DNA of 64,000 nt, from the NCBI GenBank assembly GCA_963822135.1, contig CAWGGI010000010.1, forward strand, positions 385,674 through 449,673, in the 5' to 3' direction. Position numbers and translations under genes: made by a program. The DNA is from an uncultured Actinomycetota bacterium (GTDB lineage: Bacteria; Actinomycetota; Thermoleophilia; RBG-16-64-13). Below, one piece after another: positions 20,747 to 29,976 of the stretch. Within the stretch, counting starts at the first letter, position 1; every line of letters starts with the position of its first letter. The notes beneath the pieces were generated by a model. The model ran no database searches, was not told the DNA's origin, and saw nothing but the letters and a program-made list of their open reading frames with translations.

Positions 20747-20785
20747 CAGAGGCGGCCGGGGGTACCCCCGGCCGCCTCTGCTTTG
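20747..20785. terminator. strong hairpin between convergent SDR and AOR genes
   Basis: Perfect 16-bp inverted repeat CAGAGGCGGCCGGGGG-TA-CCCCCGGCCGCCTCTG, then CTTTGG. Confidence 0.65.
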
Positions 20786-20807
20786 GCGTCACTGATGGCG
20801 CGCGGGG

Positions 20808-22676
20808 CTACGAGATACCGAGCGCAGCCAGGGTCTCCTTCTTCGGCGCTCCCGTCTCCTTGTCCCAACCCATCGCCTCGAAATACCCCTGCTGCAGCAT
20901 CTCGAAGTCCGGAGGCGTGTTTCCCGCGGCGGGCCCTGCTGCCAGAGGGTTCAGGAAGCGCTTCGGCAGCCGGAAGGTGCGCATGTCCACGCCCTCCCTC
21001 ACGTTGAAGGCCTGGCGCAGCGTGTTGATGCGCTTGCCCGCCGCCAGGCCCTCCGCCCAATCGATGTCCCACCCGGTGACCGGAGCGATGAGCTCGACCA
21101 CAGGCGGCGCATAGAACTGAGCGTAGAGGCCGCAGAGGCCGGCGGAACTGAGAAGTTGATAGAAGGCGGCTCCCCGGGAATAGAGCTCGCCCTTCCTGTC
21201 CCAATCGCCGAAGACCTCGCTGGAATCGGACGTGAGCAGCGGGTCGGAGCCCAGTTTTCCACCGCCTTCGAGCACGCCCATGCCCTGCGAGCCCATGTGG
21301 TTGGCAGGCTGGGCATCGGCGATGAAGTGGGTGCCCATGCTCGGGGCGAGGCGCGGGTCGTGGAACGGGATCGCCCGCCCGGCCACGTGCATGGCGAACT
21401 CCTCGCTGCCCTTGCCGATCGTTTCAGCCGCGAACTTGGAGCCGTCCGCCAGCACTGCGCCGAAGCCCTCGCGTGCGCAGATCTGCCGGGTCAGCTCCAC
21501 GAGAGCCATGGGATCGCCCCATCTCAGTTCTAGGCCGCCCGTGTCGTCCTTGCCGATGAGGCCGTTCTCGTAGCACTCCATCGCGAAGGCCACCGTGGCT
21601 CCCACGCCCATGGTGTCGGCGCCGTACCGGTTGCAGAGTTCGTTGGCCTTGACCACCGCCTCCACCGTGTCGTTCCGACAGTTGGGGCCAAGAGCGGCCA
21701 GCGTCTCGTACTCGGGGCGGTGCACCTCTCCATCAGTGGCGTAGGGGCCCTCCGAGATCTCGATGAGCGCTCCGCAGCGTACCGGGCAGGTGTGGCAGCC
21801 GTAGGACTTGAGTTTGTACACATCCATGTTCGCGGCGTCGAGGTTGCCGCTGGTGGGCAGCGCGTCCAGGCCGGTGGTGTTCCAGTTGTCCACCGGGCAG
21901 TCACCGATCTTGACCAGGAAGCTGGTGGCTCCGCCCGTGCCCGCTTGAGTGAGGCCCTTGTGGAAGGGGCTGTCTTTGAGCTCCTGGCCGTAGCGTTTCT
22001 GGATGGCCTTGAGGCCCTCCTTGTCGGCCACGCCGATACGCGATCCCTTGGCGCCCCGGACCGCGATCGCCTTGAGCTTCTTGGAGCCCATGACCGCGCC
22101 TACTCCCGAACGTGCAGCGATGCGGCCCTTCTCGTTGACGATCCCGGCGAGCAGGGACAGGCGTTCGCCGGCCGGCCCGATGCAGGTGACCGTCCAGGTG
22201 TCCGGCTCGCCCAGCTTGGCCTTGACGGCATCTTCGGTGTCGTAGGTGTCCATGCCCCAGATGTCGTCGGCCGGGACGATGCTGGCCTGGCCCTTGTCGA
22301 TCACGATGCAGACGGGTCCGGCCGCCGCTCCGGTCACGAACAGCCCGTCGTAGCCCGCGAACTTGAGCATCGGTCCCCACGTTCCTCCGGAGTTGGAGTC
22401 CGCCCAGGCGCCGGTGAGCGGCGACTTGCAGGCCACCGTATAGCGACCGCCGCCATAGACGCCGGTACCCGTGAGCGGCCCCGTGGCGAAGGCGAGCAGG
22501 TTGTCCGGGCCCAACGGGTCGATGCCCCGCTCGGTCTTCTCCGCGATGATCGCCGCCGCCAGACCGGCGCCGCCGATCCACCTGCGGTAGAAGGCCTCGT
22601 CCCGTGTCTCAACCGTGATAGCCCCGGTGGTCAAGTCCACGAACAGCAGTTTTCCCACATATCCGTTGTCAGCCAT
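20808..22676 (-). CDS. aldehyde:ferredoxin oxidoreductase (AOR family, tungstopterin type)
   Basis: Intact 622-aa ORF. GKLLFVDLTTG..RRWIGGAGLAA, GPLTGTGVYGGGRYTVACKSPLTG, KSYGCHTCPVRCG and ELCNRYGADTMG are characteristic of AOR. Confidence 0.9.
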   Translation of the reverse strand: MADNGYVGKLLFVDLTTGAITVETRDEAFYRRWIGGAGLAAAIIAEKTERGIDPLGPDNLLAFATGPLTGTGVYGGGRYTVACKSPLTGAWADSNSGGTWGPMLKFAGYDGLFVTGAAAGPVCIVIDKGQASIVPADDIWGMDTYDTEDAVKAKLGEPDTWTVTCIGPAGERLSLLAGIVNEKGRIAARSGVGAVMGSKKLKAIAVRGAKGSRIGVADKEGLKAIQKRYGQELKDSPFHKGLTQAGTGGATSFLVKIGDCPVDNWNTTGLDALPTSGNLDAANMDVYKLKSYGCHTCPVRCGALIEISEGPYATDGEVHRPEYETLAALGPNCRNDTVEAVVKANELCNRYGADTMGVGATVAFAMECYENGLIGKDDTGGLELRWGDPMALVELTRQICAREGFGAVLADGSKFAAETIGKGSEEFAMHVAGRAIPFHDPRLAPSMGTHFIADAQPANHMGSQGMGVLEGGGKLGSDPLLTSDSSEVFGDWDRKGELYSRGAAFYQLLSSAGLCGLYAQFYAPPVVELIAPVTGWDIDWAEGLAAGKRINTLRQAFNVREGVDMRTFRLPKRFLNPLAAGPAAGNTPPDFEMLQQGYFEAMGWDKETGAPKKETLAALGIS

Positions 22677-22715
22677 CGATGTTCCCCCCAGGTGTTGCTT
22701 TGGATTGTTCGGCGG

Positions 22716-23537
22716 TCAGTCGCGCCGCGAATAGCCGAGGAATGCAGAGAGAGAATCGGCCGCCGCTTTGACCGCCTCCGCATAGCGGGGACGCTCGGCC
22801 GGGCCGAAGCGGCCTGTGGGTACCACAAGAGAGAGCCCGGCGATCACCTTGCCCAGTTGGTCGCGGACGGGAGCCGCCACGGCGCAGGTGCCCACGTTTC
22901 GCTCTTCGATGTCGAAGGCCACGCCCTCGCGGGCGACCCCGTCGAGTTCCAGGGCCAGAGCCTCCGGATCGGTGATGGTATTAGGGGTGATCTGAGGATG
23001 CGGTTGCGCCAGTATCGCCGCCCGCTCGCTGCCGGTCTTGAAGGCGGCGAAGACCTTGCCGTTGGCGTTGGCAGTGTCCCCGATGATGCGGCCCACGGCG
23101 ACCTCCCGCCTGAAGGGACGAGGAGTGTCGACCAGGTCGACGCTCACGGCCACCCCATCGACCTCCACGGCCAGGGTGGCCGACTCGCCCGTCTTCTCGG
23201 TGAGCTCGCGCAGATAGGGCTTGGCGATGTCCACCAGCTCCGCGTAACCTTCCGATAAGTAGGTGGCTGCAAGCAGCGCGGGGCCCAGATGGTAGCGGTT
23301 GGTGACCGAGTCACGGATGAGGTAGCGGGCGGCCTCCATGGTCCGGATCATCCGGTAGGCCGTCATGCGCGGCAGCCCGGCCCGCTCGGCTATCTCGTCG
23401 AGGGTCCACTCGCGGTTCTCGGCGTCGAAGAGGCCGAGAACGGTCAGCCCCTTGGCAAGTGCTCTCACGAGAAAGGCGCCCTCTACGGAGCCCGCCTGCC
23501 CTTCTCCCTGTTCGTCTTTCGTCCGAGGTCTTGCCAT
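22716..23537 (-). CDS. IclR-family transcriptional regulator (IclR-1), co-directional with and 39 nt upstream of AOR
   Basis: VRALAKGLTVLGLF..WTLDEIAERAGLPRMTAYRMIRTME.. plus the C-terminal effector domain. RBS GGAGG before Met 23537. Confidence 0.85.
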   Translation of the reverse strand: MARPRTKDEQGEGQAGSVEGAFLVRALAKGLTVLGLFDAENREWTLDEIAERAGLPRMTAYRMIRTMEAARYLIRDSVTNRYHLGPALLAATYLSEGYAELVDIAKPYLRELTEKTGESATLAVEVDGVAVSVDLVDTPRPFRREVAVGRIIGDTANANGKVFAAFKTGSERAAILAQPHPQITPNTITDPEALALELDGVAREGVAFDIEERNVGTCAVAAPVRDQLGKVIAGLSLVVPTGRFGPAERPRYAEAVKAAADSLSAFLGYSRRD

Positions 23538-23689
23538 CGAGACGACCTCCACAATACCCATGCTGGCAGGGAGTGACCCCTCCCTCGTCGCTGATGGTAG
23601 CATGAAGAGTGATATCGGTATACCGGAAATAGCGTAGTGCGGAACCATGCGCACGACGAATGACGTGTCCGTGGTATTCCATTCCGCGT

Positions 23690-23701
23690 TATCTCGATAT
23701 T
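23690..23701. promoter_or_regulatory. 12-nt motif shared with 41683..41694 (candidate IclR box)
   Basis: TATCTCGATATT is the reverse complement of AATATCGAGATA. A perfect palindrome CGGTATACCG lies nearby at 23616-23625. Confidence 0.4.
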
Positions 23702-23767
23702 ACTGGCTGTACATGTGCTATCGTGGTATGACTTCCAGAACGGCCTTTTGACTGCGGGGAGGGGCCC

Positions 23768-24568
23768 ATGACGAGATGGGGAATGGTCATCGATCTGGCG
23801 AAGTGCATGCGGTGCCACGCCTGCGTGGCGGCCTGTAGGATCGAGCACTTCCTGCCACTTAGAGTGACCTGGCCAAGGCTGATCGCTCTCGAGGTGGACG
23901 AGGGCTATCGAGTGGACGTCTCCACCTATCCTGTCCGCTGCAATCAGTGCAAAGACGCGCCGTGCGTCGACGCATGTCCTACCGAGGCGTCGCACAAGCG
24001 CCCGGACGGCATCGTGGCGGTCGATTCTGACAAATGCTTTGGGTGTCGGTACTGCATCATCGCCTGCCCGTATCAGAACCGCACCTACGTGTCCAGGAAG
24101 AGGGACCCCGGCTACTTCCCGGGTCATCCGAAGACCGCCTTTGAGAAGAAGGGCGAGAAGCTGTACCCGCATCAGCGTGGCACCACCGAGAAGTGCAACT
24201 TCTGCATGGAACGCATCGACGCCGGTCTGCCTCGAGGCCTCAAGCCGGGCATCGACCGCGACGCCACTCCGGCGTGCGTGAACACGTGCCAGGCGCGGGC
24301 GCTCACCTTCGGCGACCTGGACGATCCCAACAGCAACATCTCCAAACTCATCCGCGAGAAGAGCGGGTTCGTCCTCCATCCCGAGTACGGCACCGACCCC
24401 TCGGTCTTCTACATCGACTACAGGCTGGGTGGCAGAGATAACAAGGCTCCGCGCGAGGCGCAGACGGGCAGCCACATCCAACACCTGAGCACGGTGTACG
24501 AGCCGTCCAAAGAGAAGCTTGCCACGGTCCACCCCGACCCGGCGAAGGGGGGCAAGAATGAACGCTAG
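23768..24568 (+). CDS. 4Fe-4S ferredoxin-type electron-transfer subunit of a DMSO-reductase-family enzyme (DmsB/PsrB/NrfC-like)
   Basis: WGMVIDLAKCMRCHACVAAC, CNQCKDAPCVDACP, CFGCRYCIIACP, CNFC..CVNTCQ. No twin-arginine signal. Confidence 0.85.
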   Translation: MTRWGMVIDLAKCMRCHACVAACRIEHFLPLRVTWPRLIALEVDEGYRVDVSTYPVRCNQCKDAPCVDACPTEASHKRPDGIVAVDSDKCFGCRYCIIACPYQNRTYVSRKRDPGYFPGHPKTAFEKKGEKLYPHQRGTTEKCNFCMERIDAGLPRGLKPGIDRDATPACVNTCQARALTFGDLDDPNSNISKLIREKSGFVLHPEYGTDPSVFYIDYRLGGRDNKAPREAQTGSHIQHLSTVYEPSKEKLATVHPDPAKGGKNER

Positions 24569-25532
24569 AACGGCCCGCCAGTGGATGGTCACCCATGAGT
24601 GGATGGTCAAGCCCATGGCCCAGACCGAATGGATCGAGGGCAAAGGGCTGCTCGTCTGGCTGGCGGAGGTGTTCTCCGCCCTGGGCACCGGCCTCTATCT
24701 GGTCTCCATCTTCTTCGCGCTCAGCGAGGAGTTCGCGCTCACGGCCTTCTGGGCCGGCATCTTCGGATGGATCATGATCGCCATCTTCAAGCTGCCCCTG
24801 CATCTGGCCTACCTCGGGAAGCCTTGGCGCTTCTGGAGGAGTTTCCCGCCGTTCAGTAACGCGTGGCGGACATCCTGGTTCGCCCGGGGCATCGTGTTCA
24901 CCATGATCTTCCTGGCGTTCGCCGCCGTCCAGCTGATCCTGCAGGGCCTGATCGCCTATGAGGTGGTCTCGTTCGACTCCGGCGCCATGACCGCCAACTA
25001 CGTGTTCATGGTGCTGGCCGGCATCTTCTGCGTCATGACCGCGGTCTACTGCGGCTTCGCCATGAGTTACTGCAAGAGCGTCCCCTTCTGGAACACCGGC
25101 TTGCTTCCCATCGTGTTCCTTCTCATGGGAATCGCCGACGGCCTGGCGCTGATCATGGGCGTGGGCATGGTGACAGGGGAGGACGTGATCCCGACCGCGG
25201 AATCGGCCACCCGTATCATGCTGATCATCAACTCCCTGCTCATCGTGGCCTACCTGATCAACGCGAACTACCAGTCAGAGACCGCCGAGCTCTCGGTGAA
25301 AGAACTCATCCGTGGTCACGTGGCCTGGGTGTTCTGGCTCGGCATCGTGGTCCTTGGCATCATCGTCCCGTTCGGCATCTCGGTCGGTAGCTATTTCACC
25401 GGCGAGGAGGCCGCCACCGGGCTGCTGATCTTCGCGATCATCTGCCACACCATCGGGGCGTTCTCCCTGAAGTACGGCGTGCTCAAGGTCGGCATCTACA
25501 GACCCCTACTTCCCAAGGCTCACGCCTACTAG
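24558..25532 (+). CDS. NrfD/PsrC/DmsC-type integral membrane anchor subunit
   Basis: Polytopic hydrophobic protein (about 8-9 predicted helices by eye) placed between the FeS and catalytic subunits. Overlaps the FeS gene by 11 nt. Confidence 0.65.
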   Translation: MNARTARQWMVTHEWMVKPMAQTEWIEGKGLLVWLAEVFSALGTGLYLVSIFFALSEEFALTAFWAGIFGWIMIAIFKLPLHLAYLGKPWRFWRSFPPFSNAWRTSWFARGIVFTMIFLAFAAVQLILQGLIAYEVVSFDSGAMTANYVFMVLAGIFCVMTAVYCGFAMSYCKSVPFWNTGLLPIVFLLMGIADGLALIMGVGMVTGEDVIPTAESATRIMLIINSLLIVAYLINANYQSETAELSVKELIRGHVAWVFWLGIVVLGIIVPFGISVGSYFTGEEAATGLLIFAIICHTIGAFSLKYGVLKVGIYRPLLPKAHAY

Positions 25533-25560
25533 GCGCAGGGCACGTGCCCAAGGAGACACT

Positions 25561-27786
25561 ATGGCAAACAGAGAAGTAGTCTATTCGACCTGCAAGAGCT
25601 GCCACGGCGGCTGCGGCGTGAAGATCACCAAGGAAGACGGGGTCGTCGTCCACATCCAAGGCAACCCCGACTCACTGACCGCGGGCACGATGTGCTCCAA
25701 AGGTCTCTCCAGCATCCAGCACCTCGACAATCCGTACCGCATCAAGTACCCCATGAAGCAGGTGGGCAAGAAGGGCGAAGGCAAGTGGAAGCGCATCTCC
25801 TGGGACGAGGCCCTGGACACCATCGCCGACAAGATGAAGGACGCCATCGCCGATCCGGGGCCGCAGAGCATCGCAATCTCTCAGGGCACCGGACGCGGGT
25901 ATAACCGCTACACCATGCGGCTCGCGCGCTCCCTGGGCACGGGCAACGCCATCACCCCCGGCTACGTCTGCCACAGCCCTCGCTTGGGTCTGTATGCCCT
26001 GGTGACCGGCTACGGCCGCCTGTACTGCGACTACCATGGCTGGGGCGGCGAGTTTCCCAAGACCCAGATCATGTGGGCCAAACAGCTCGAGATCAGCAGC
26101 GCCGACTCTGAGATGGCCTACTGGTTCATGAACTCACTCGACTACTGCAAGAACCTCATCATCATCGACCCGCGCGCGAGCGCGTACGCGTCGCGCGCCA
26201 CCCTGTGGATCCAGCCGCGTCCCGGCACCGACTGCGCGCTGGCCCTGGGGATGATGAACGTCATCATCGAGGAAGAGCTCTGGGACAAAGACTTCGTAGA
26301 GAACTGGACCTTCGGCTTCGACGAGTTGCGTGAGCGGGTCAAGGAATGGACGCCCGAGAAGGTGTCCGACATCTGCTGGATCCCCAAGGAGCACGTGGTC
26401 GACGCGGCGCGCATGTGGGCCGTCGATACCCCGGGCTGCATCCAGGTGGGTAGCTCGCTCGAGCGCCAAGCCAACTGCGGCCACACCCTCAGGGCAATCA
26501 CCTGCCTCATGGGTCTTGCCGGCAATATCGAGCGGCCGGGCAGCATGATCAGCTGGGTGCTTCCCGACACAGGCCTCATCGAGGACTTCAACCTCGAGCT
26601 GCCCATCACCGACGAGATGAAGTCCAAGATCATCGGCGGCGACCGCTTCAAGATGGGCGCCACTCGTACCTGCAACCCCGACACCATGGTCAAGGCCATC
26701 AACGCGGGCAAAGCCCCGATCCGTGTGTGGTTCAGCGTCGGTGGCCAGCAGATCGTGCATATGGCCAACACCAAAGAGGTGGTCGAGGCCATCGAGAAGG
26801 TCGAGTTCATGTCCCACACCGACCTGTTCATGGGTCCCATGGCCGAGGCCGCCGACATCGTGCTGCCGGCCGCTCACTGGCTGGAACTGGACGACGTCTA
26901 CGACATGCACCCGCGGTTCATGATCGAGGCACACAACAAGGTCGTCGACCCGCCCGGTGAGGCCAGGTCCGACGCGTGGATCTTCAATGAGATCGGCCGG
27001 CGCGTGGTCCCCGACAAGTGGTGGTCCACGGTCGACGAAATGCTCGACTATCAGCTCCGGCGGGGCGAGAGCAAGGACGGCGGTGCGCTGACCTTCAAGG
27101 AGTTCAGCGAGAAACTCGTGAGCGGCTGCTGGGGTCCCGATCAGGTGTACTACAAGTACAAGACCGACTTCTGGCGAGAGGGCGGCGGGTTCCCCACTCC
27201 GTCGGGCAAGTTCGAGTTCAGATCACAGCACCTGGAGTCCCTGGGATACGACGGACTGCCGGTCTTCAACGAGCCGGGCGAGAGCCCCGTCTCCACTCCC
27301 GAGCTGTACAAGGAATACCCCCTCGTGATGAGCAGCGGCTACCGCCAGCCCTTCTACTTCCTGGGGCAGTACCGCAACATCCCCTGGCTGCGCAGTTTCA
27401 TGGAGTTCCCCACCTGCCAGCTCCATCCCGAGACGGCCAAGCTGTACGGCGTCGAAGACGGCGACATCGTCTGGCTCGAATCGCCGCGGGGCAGGGTGCG
27501 GCAGAAACTGCGCACCTTCCCGGGCATCAAGAAGGGCGTGCTCATGGCCACGGCCAACTGCTTCTATCCGGAGGAGCCGGCCAAGGGTTATCACGGCGTG
27601 TTCATCTCCAACCCGAACGTGCTCACCAGCAACGACCACCTGGATCCCATGTACGGCTCGCCCGACCTCACCTGTCTCCTCTGCAAGGTCTACAAGGCCA
27701 AGGACGAGGAACTGAAGGAAGAGGTGTTCCAGAGCGAGGAGTACGGGTTCGTGCCCAGGACCACCTCGGGCATGCAGGATACATAA
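25561..27786 (+). CDS. molybdopterin/tungstopterin oxidoreductase catalytic subunit (bis-MGD; acetylene-hydratase / polysulfide-reductase-like clade). No Tat signal
   Basis: Intact 741-aa ORF. N-terminal FS0 motif CKSCHGGC..(25)..C, then YPMKQVGKKGEGKWKRISWDEALD. The N-terminus MANREVVYS lacks an RR motif. Confidence 0.85.
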   Translation: MANREVVYSTCKSCHGGCGVKITKEDGVVVHIQGNPDSLTAGTMCSKGLSSIQHLDNPYRIKYPMKQVGKKGEGKWKRISWDEALDTIADKMKDAIADPGPQSIAISQGTGRGYNRYTMRLARSLGTGNAITPGYVCHSPRLGLYALVTGYGRLYCDYHGWGGEFPKTQIMWAKQLEISSADSEMAYWFMNSLDYCKNLIIIDPRASAYASRATLWIQPRPGTDCALALGMMNVIIEEELWDKDFVENWTFGFDELRERVKEWTPEKVSDICWIPKEHVVDAARMWAVDTPGCIQVGSSLERQANCGHTLRAITCLMGLAGNIERPGSMISWVLPDTGLIEDFNLELPITDEMKSKIIGGDRFKMGATRTCNPDTMVKAINAGKAPIRVWFSVGGQQIVHMANTKEVVEAIEKVEFMSHTDLFMGPMAEAADIVLPAAHWLELDDVYDMHPRFMIEAHNKVVDPPGEARSDAWIFNEIGRRVVPDKWWSTVDEMLDYQLRRGESKDGGALTFKEFSEKLVSGCWGPDQVYYKYKTDFWREGGGFPTPSGKFEFRSQHLESLGYDGLPVFNEPGESPVSTPELYKEYPLVMSSGYRQPFYFLGQYRNIPWLRSFMEFPTCQLHPETAKLYGVEDGDIVWLESPRGRVRQKLRTFPGIKKGVLMATANCFYPEEPAKGYHGVFISNPNVLTSNDHLDPMYGSPDLTCLLCKVYKAKDEELKEEVFQSEEYGFVPRTTSGMQDT

Positions 27787-27874
27787 CGGGGCGGTCGGCC
27801 GCGACGCCATGGCGTGGCGGCTCCGCCGCTTGATGCAGGCCCGCCGCTAGGGCGAGCCGGCCATAGGCAGAAGA

Positions 27875-27907
27875 AGAGACCCTGGGAGCCCCCCTCCCGG
27901 GGTCTCT
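27875..27907 (+). terminator. rho-independent terminator candidate after the catalytic subunit gene
   Basis: AGAGACCCTGGGAG-CCCCC-CTCCCGGGGTCTCT (14-bp stem, one G-U pair) followed by TTGTCTATT. Confidence 0.6.
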
Positions 27908-27911
27908 TTGT

Positions 27912-28625
27912 CTATTCGGAGCCGGTCGCGCGCGGGGAAGCGAGCACGGTCTCCATGAACGAGCGCCAAAGGGCAAAGGCGCCCTGCACATCGACGCTAC
28001 CTGGCTCCGCAAGCACCTGCACGGCCAGGCCGTCGCTGAGAGCCACGGTCATCGCTGCCAGCTCGCGCACCATGGCCGGCGGCTCTCCGGCGAGGTCGCC
28101 CCACAGGGCTCGAGCATTGACCTCGCGATAGCCTCGGTACAGTGCGGCTAGCTGCCTGGCCATCCGCGGATTCTCGAGAAGGCGGGGCAAGAGATCGAAC
28201 AATAGCCGGTACGAGGCCTCGTCTTCCACGATGGTCTGGGCGGCGTCGGTCAGGACGGAGAGTCGGTCCTTGGTGTCGGAGAGACCGGCGAGGCGTTGGC
28301 GCGCCCTCCGGAGGGTGTCCGAGATCAGGCTGTCGGTGAGGGCCACGAGCAGCCCGTTCTTCGAACCAAAGTAGTATCGGATCAGGGCCTTGTTCTCGCC
28401 TGCTTCTTGGCCGATGGCCTCGACCGAGAGCGAGTTGTACCCCGAGCGCACCAGCAGCCGGTGGGCTGCGTCCAGCAGGCGTTGAGCGGTGGGAGGCAGT
28501 TCGGAATCGGCGCCGGGCAGGAGCGACACGGTTCTCCCCGGGCCTGGGTCATGCCGGCCGGCCTTCCGGCCATTGCCGCGATTCGGTTGCGAGTTCTCTG
28601 CCATGGGCTGCCCCCAACCACGCAC
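27912..28625 (-). CDS. TetR-family transcriptional regulator (start 28625 or 28604)
   Basis: RLLDAAHRLLVRSGYNSLSVEAIGQEAGENKALIRYYFGSKNGLLVAL is a typical TetR HTH. Confidence 0.85.
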   Translation of the reverse strand: MRGWGQPMAENSQPNRGNGRKAGRHDPGPGRTVSLLPGADSELPPTAQRLLDAAHRLLVRSGYNSLSVEAIGQEAGENKALIRYYFGSKNGLLVALTDSLISDTLRRARQRLAGLSDTKDRLSVLTDAAQTIVEDEASYRLLFDLLPRLLENPRMARQLAALYRGYREVNARALWGDLAGEPPAMVRELAAMTVALSDGLAVQVLAEPGSVDVQGAFALWRSFMETVLASPRATGSE

Positions 28626-28721
28626 AGCTCGGACGTCGACGCACCTTCTCTCCTCACGATACCATCATCACCATCACGTTTGTATGGTTGGACAAAAGGG
28701 GTGCGGCTGTTGGGCAGATGC

Positions 28722-28751
28722 TTGACGCGAATCCCGCAAAATGCCTATACT
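28722..28751 (+). promoter_or_regulatory. sigma-70-like promoter candidate for the ald operon
   Basis: TTGACG (28722-28727), 18 nt, TATACT (28746-28751). An A/T-rich GTTTAA..TTAAAAAAC element lies downstream. Confidence 0.5.
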
Positions 28752-28815
28752 GATGTTTAATCATACGGTTAAAAAACCTGAGCTTGCCAAGGTTGCGCGC
28801 CACTGGAGGGACGGC

Positions 28816-29922
28816 ATGATCGTCGGGGTCCCGAAGGAAGTCAAGAACCACGAATACCGTGTGGCCATGGTGCCCGCAGGCGCCAAGAGTCTGGTTGCGG
28901 ACGGGCACACCGTGATCGTCGAGACTTCGGCGGGGGTGGGTTCGGGCATCTCCGACGAAGAGTATGTCGGCGCCGGGGCCCTCATCAGGCCCACCGCCGA
29001 GGCGGTCTTCGCCGAGGCCGACATGATCGTCAAGGTCAAGGAACCCCTTCCTCAGGAGTATCCGCTGCTGCGGCGAGATCAGATCCTCTTCACCTACCTG
29101 CATCTCGCCCCTGCCCCGGAGCTCACCCGGGCTCTGCTCGAGAGGGGCGTGGTCGGCATAGCCTACGAGACGGTCCAACTCGCGAACGGTTCGCTTCCTC
29201 TCCTGACCCCCATGAGCGAGGTGGCCGGGCGGCTCTCCATCCAGGTGGCGGCCCACTGGCTGGAGAAAGAGAACGGCGGAAGCGGGGTGCTCCTGGGCGG
29301 CGTCCCGGGTACTGCGCCGGCGAACGTGGCCATCATCGGCGGAGGTACGGTTGGCACCAACGCGGCCAAGATGGCCCTGGGCATGGGAGCCAATGTCACC
29401 ATCCTCGACATCAATCTCGACAGACTACGGTATCTGGACGATGTGCTCGGCGGCAGGCTGACCGTGCTCGCCTCCAACGACGTGAACATAGAGAGAGCGG
29501 TGGTGGAGGCCGACGCGGTTATCGGCGCGCTTCTCGTTCCAGGCGCCAAGGCTAAAAAGGTAGTGACCACGTCGCTCATCTCGAGGATGCGCAAGGGATC
29601 GGTGGTCGTCGATGTAGCCATCGACCAAGGGGGTTGCGTCGAAGGCGCCGTTCCTACCACGCATCAGGACCCGGTCATCCGGGTCGGCGGGGTCACGCTG
29701 TTCTGCGTCGCCAACATGCCGGGCTGTGTGGCGAGGACTTCCACTTTCGCGCTCACCAATGCGACCTTCCCCTACGCTTCTCGGCTCGCGAACCTAGGCT
29801 ACGAGGCCGCTCTCAAATCCGACCCGGCTCTCGCGAAGGGCCTGAACGTGCTGCAGGGGCGACTGGTGTCCAAGGCCGTCGCCGACGGGGTCGGCATGCA
29901 GTGCGAGACCTACGAGATCTGA
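28816..29922 (+). CDS. ald: alanine dehydrogenase
   Basis: MIVGVPKEVKNHEYRVAMVPAG.., GGVPGTAPANVAIIGGGTVGTNAAKMA, VDVAIDQGGC. Confidence 0.9.
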   Translation: MIVGVPKEVKNHEYRVAMVPAGAKSLVADGHTVIVETSAGVGSGISDEEYVGAGALIRPTAEAVFAEADMIVKVKEPLPQEYPLLRRDQILFTYLHLAPAPELTRALLERGVVGIAYETVQLANGSLPLLTPMSEVAGRLSIQVAAHWLEKENGGSGVLLGGVPGTAPANVAIIGGGTVGTNAAKMALGMGANVTILDINLDRLRYLDDVLGGRLTVLASNDVNIERAVVEADAVIGALLVPGAKAKKVVTTSLISRMRKGSVVVDVAIDQGGCVEGAVPTTHQDPVIRVGGVTLFCVANMPGCVARTSTFALTNATFPYASRLANLGYEAALKSDPALAKGLNVLQGRLVSKAVADGVGMQCETYEI

Positions 29923-29976
29923 CCTGGCAGAGTCACGGGGCGGCCCGCGCTCACGACGTGAAAGGATGGGCGGCAG

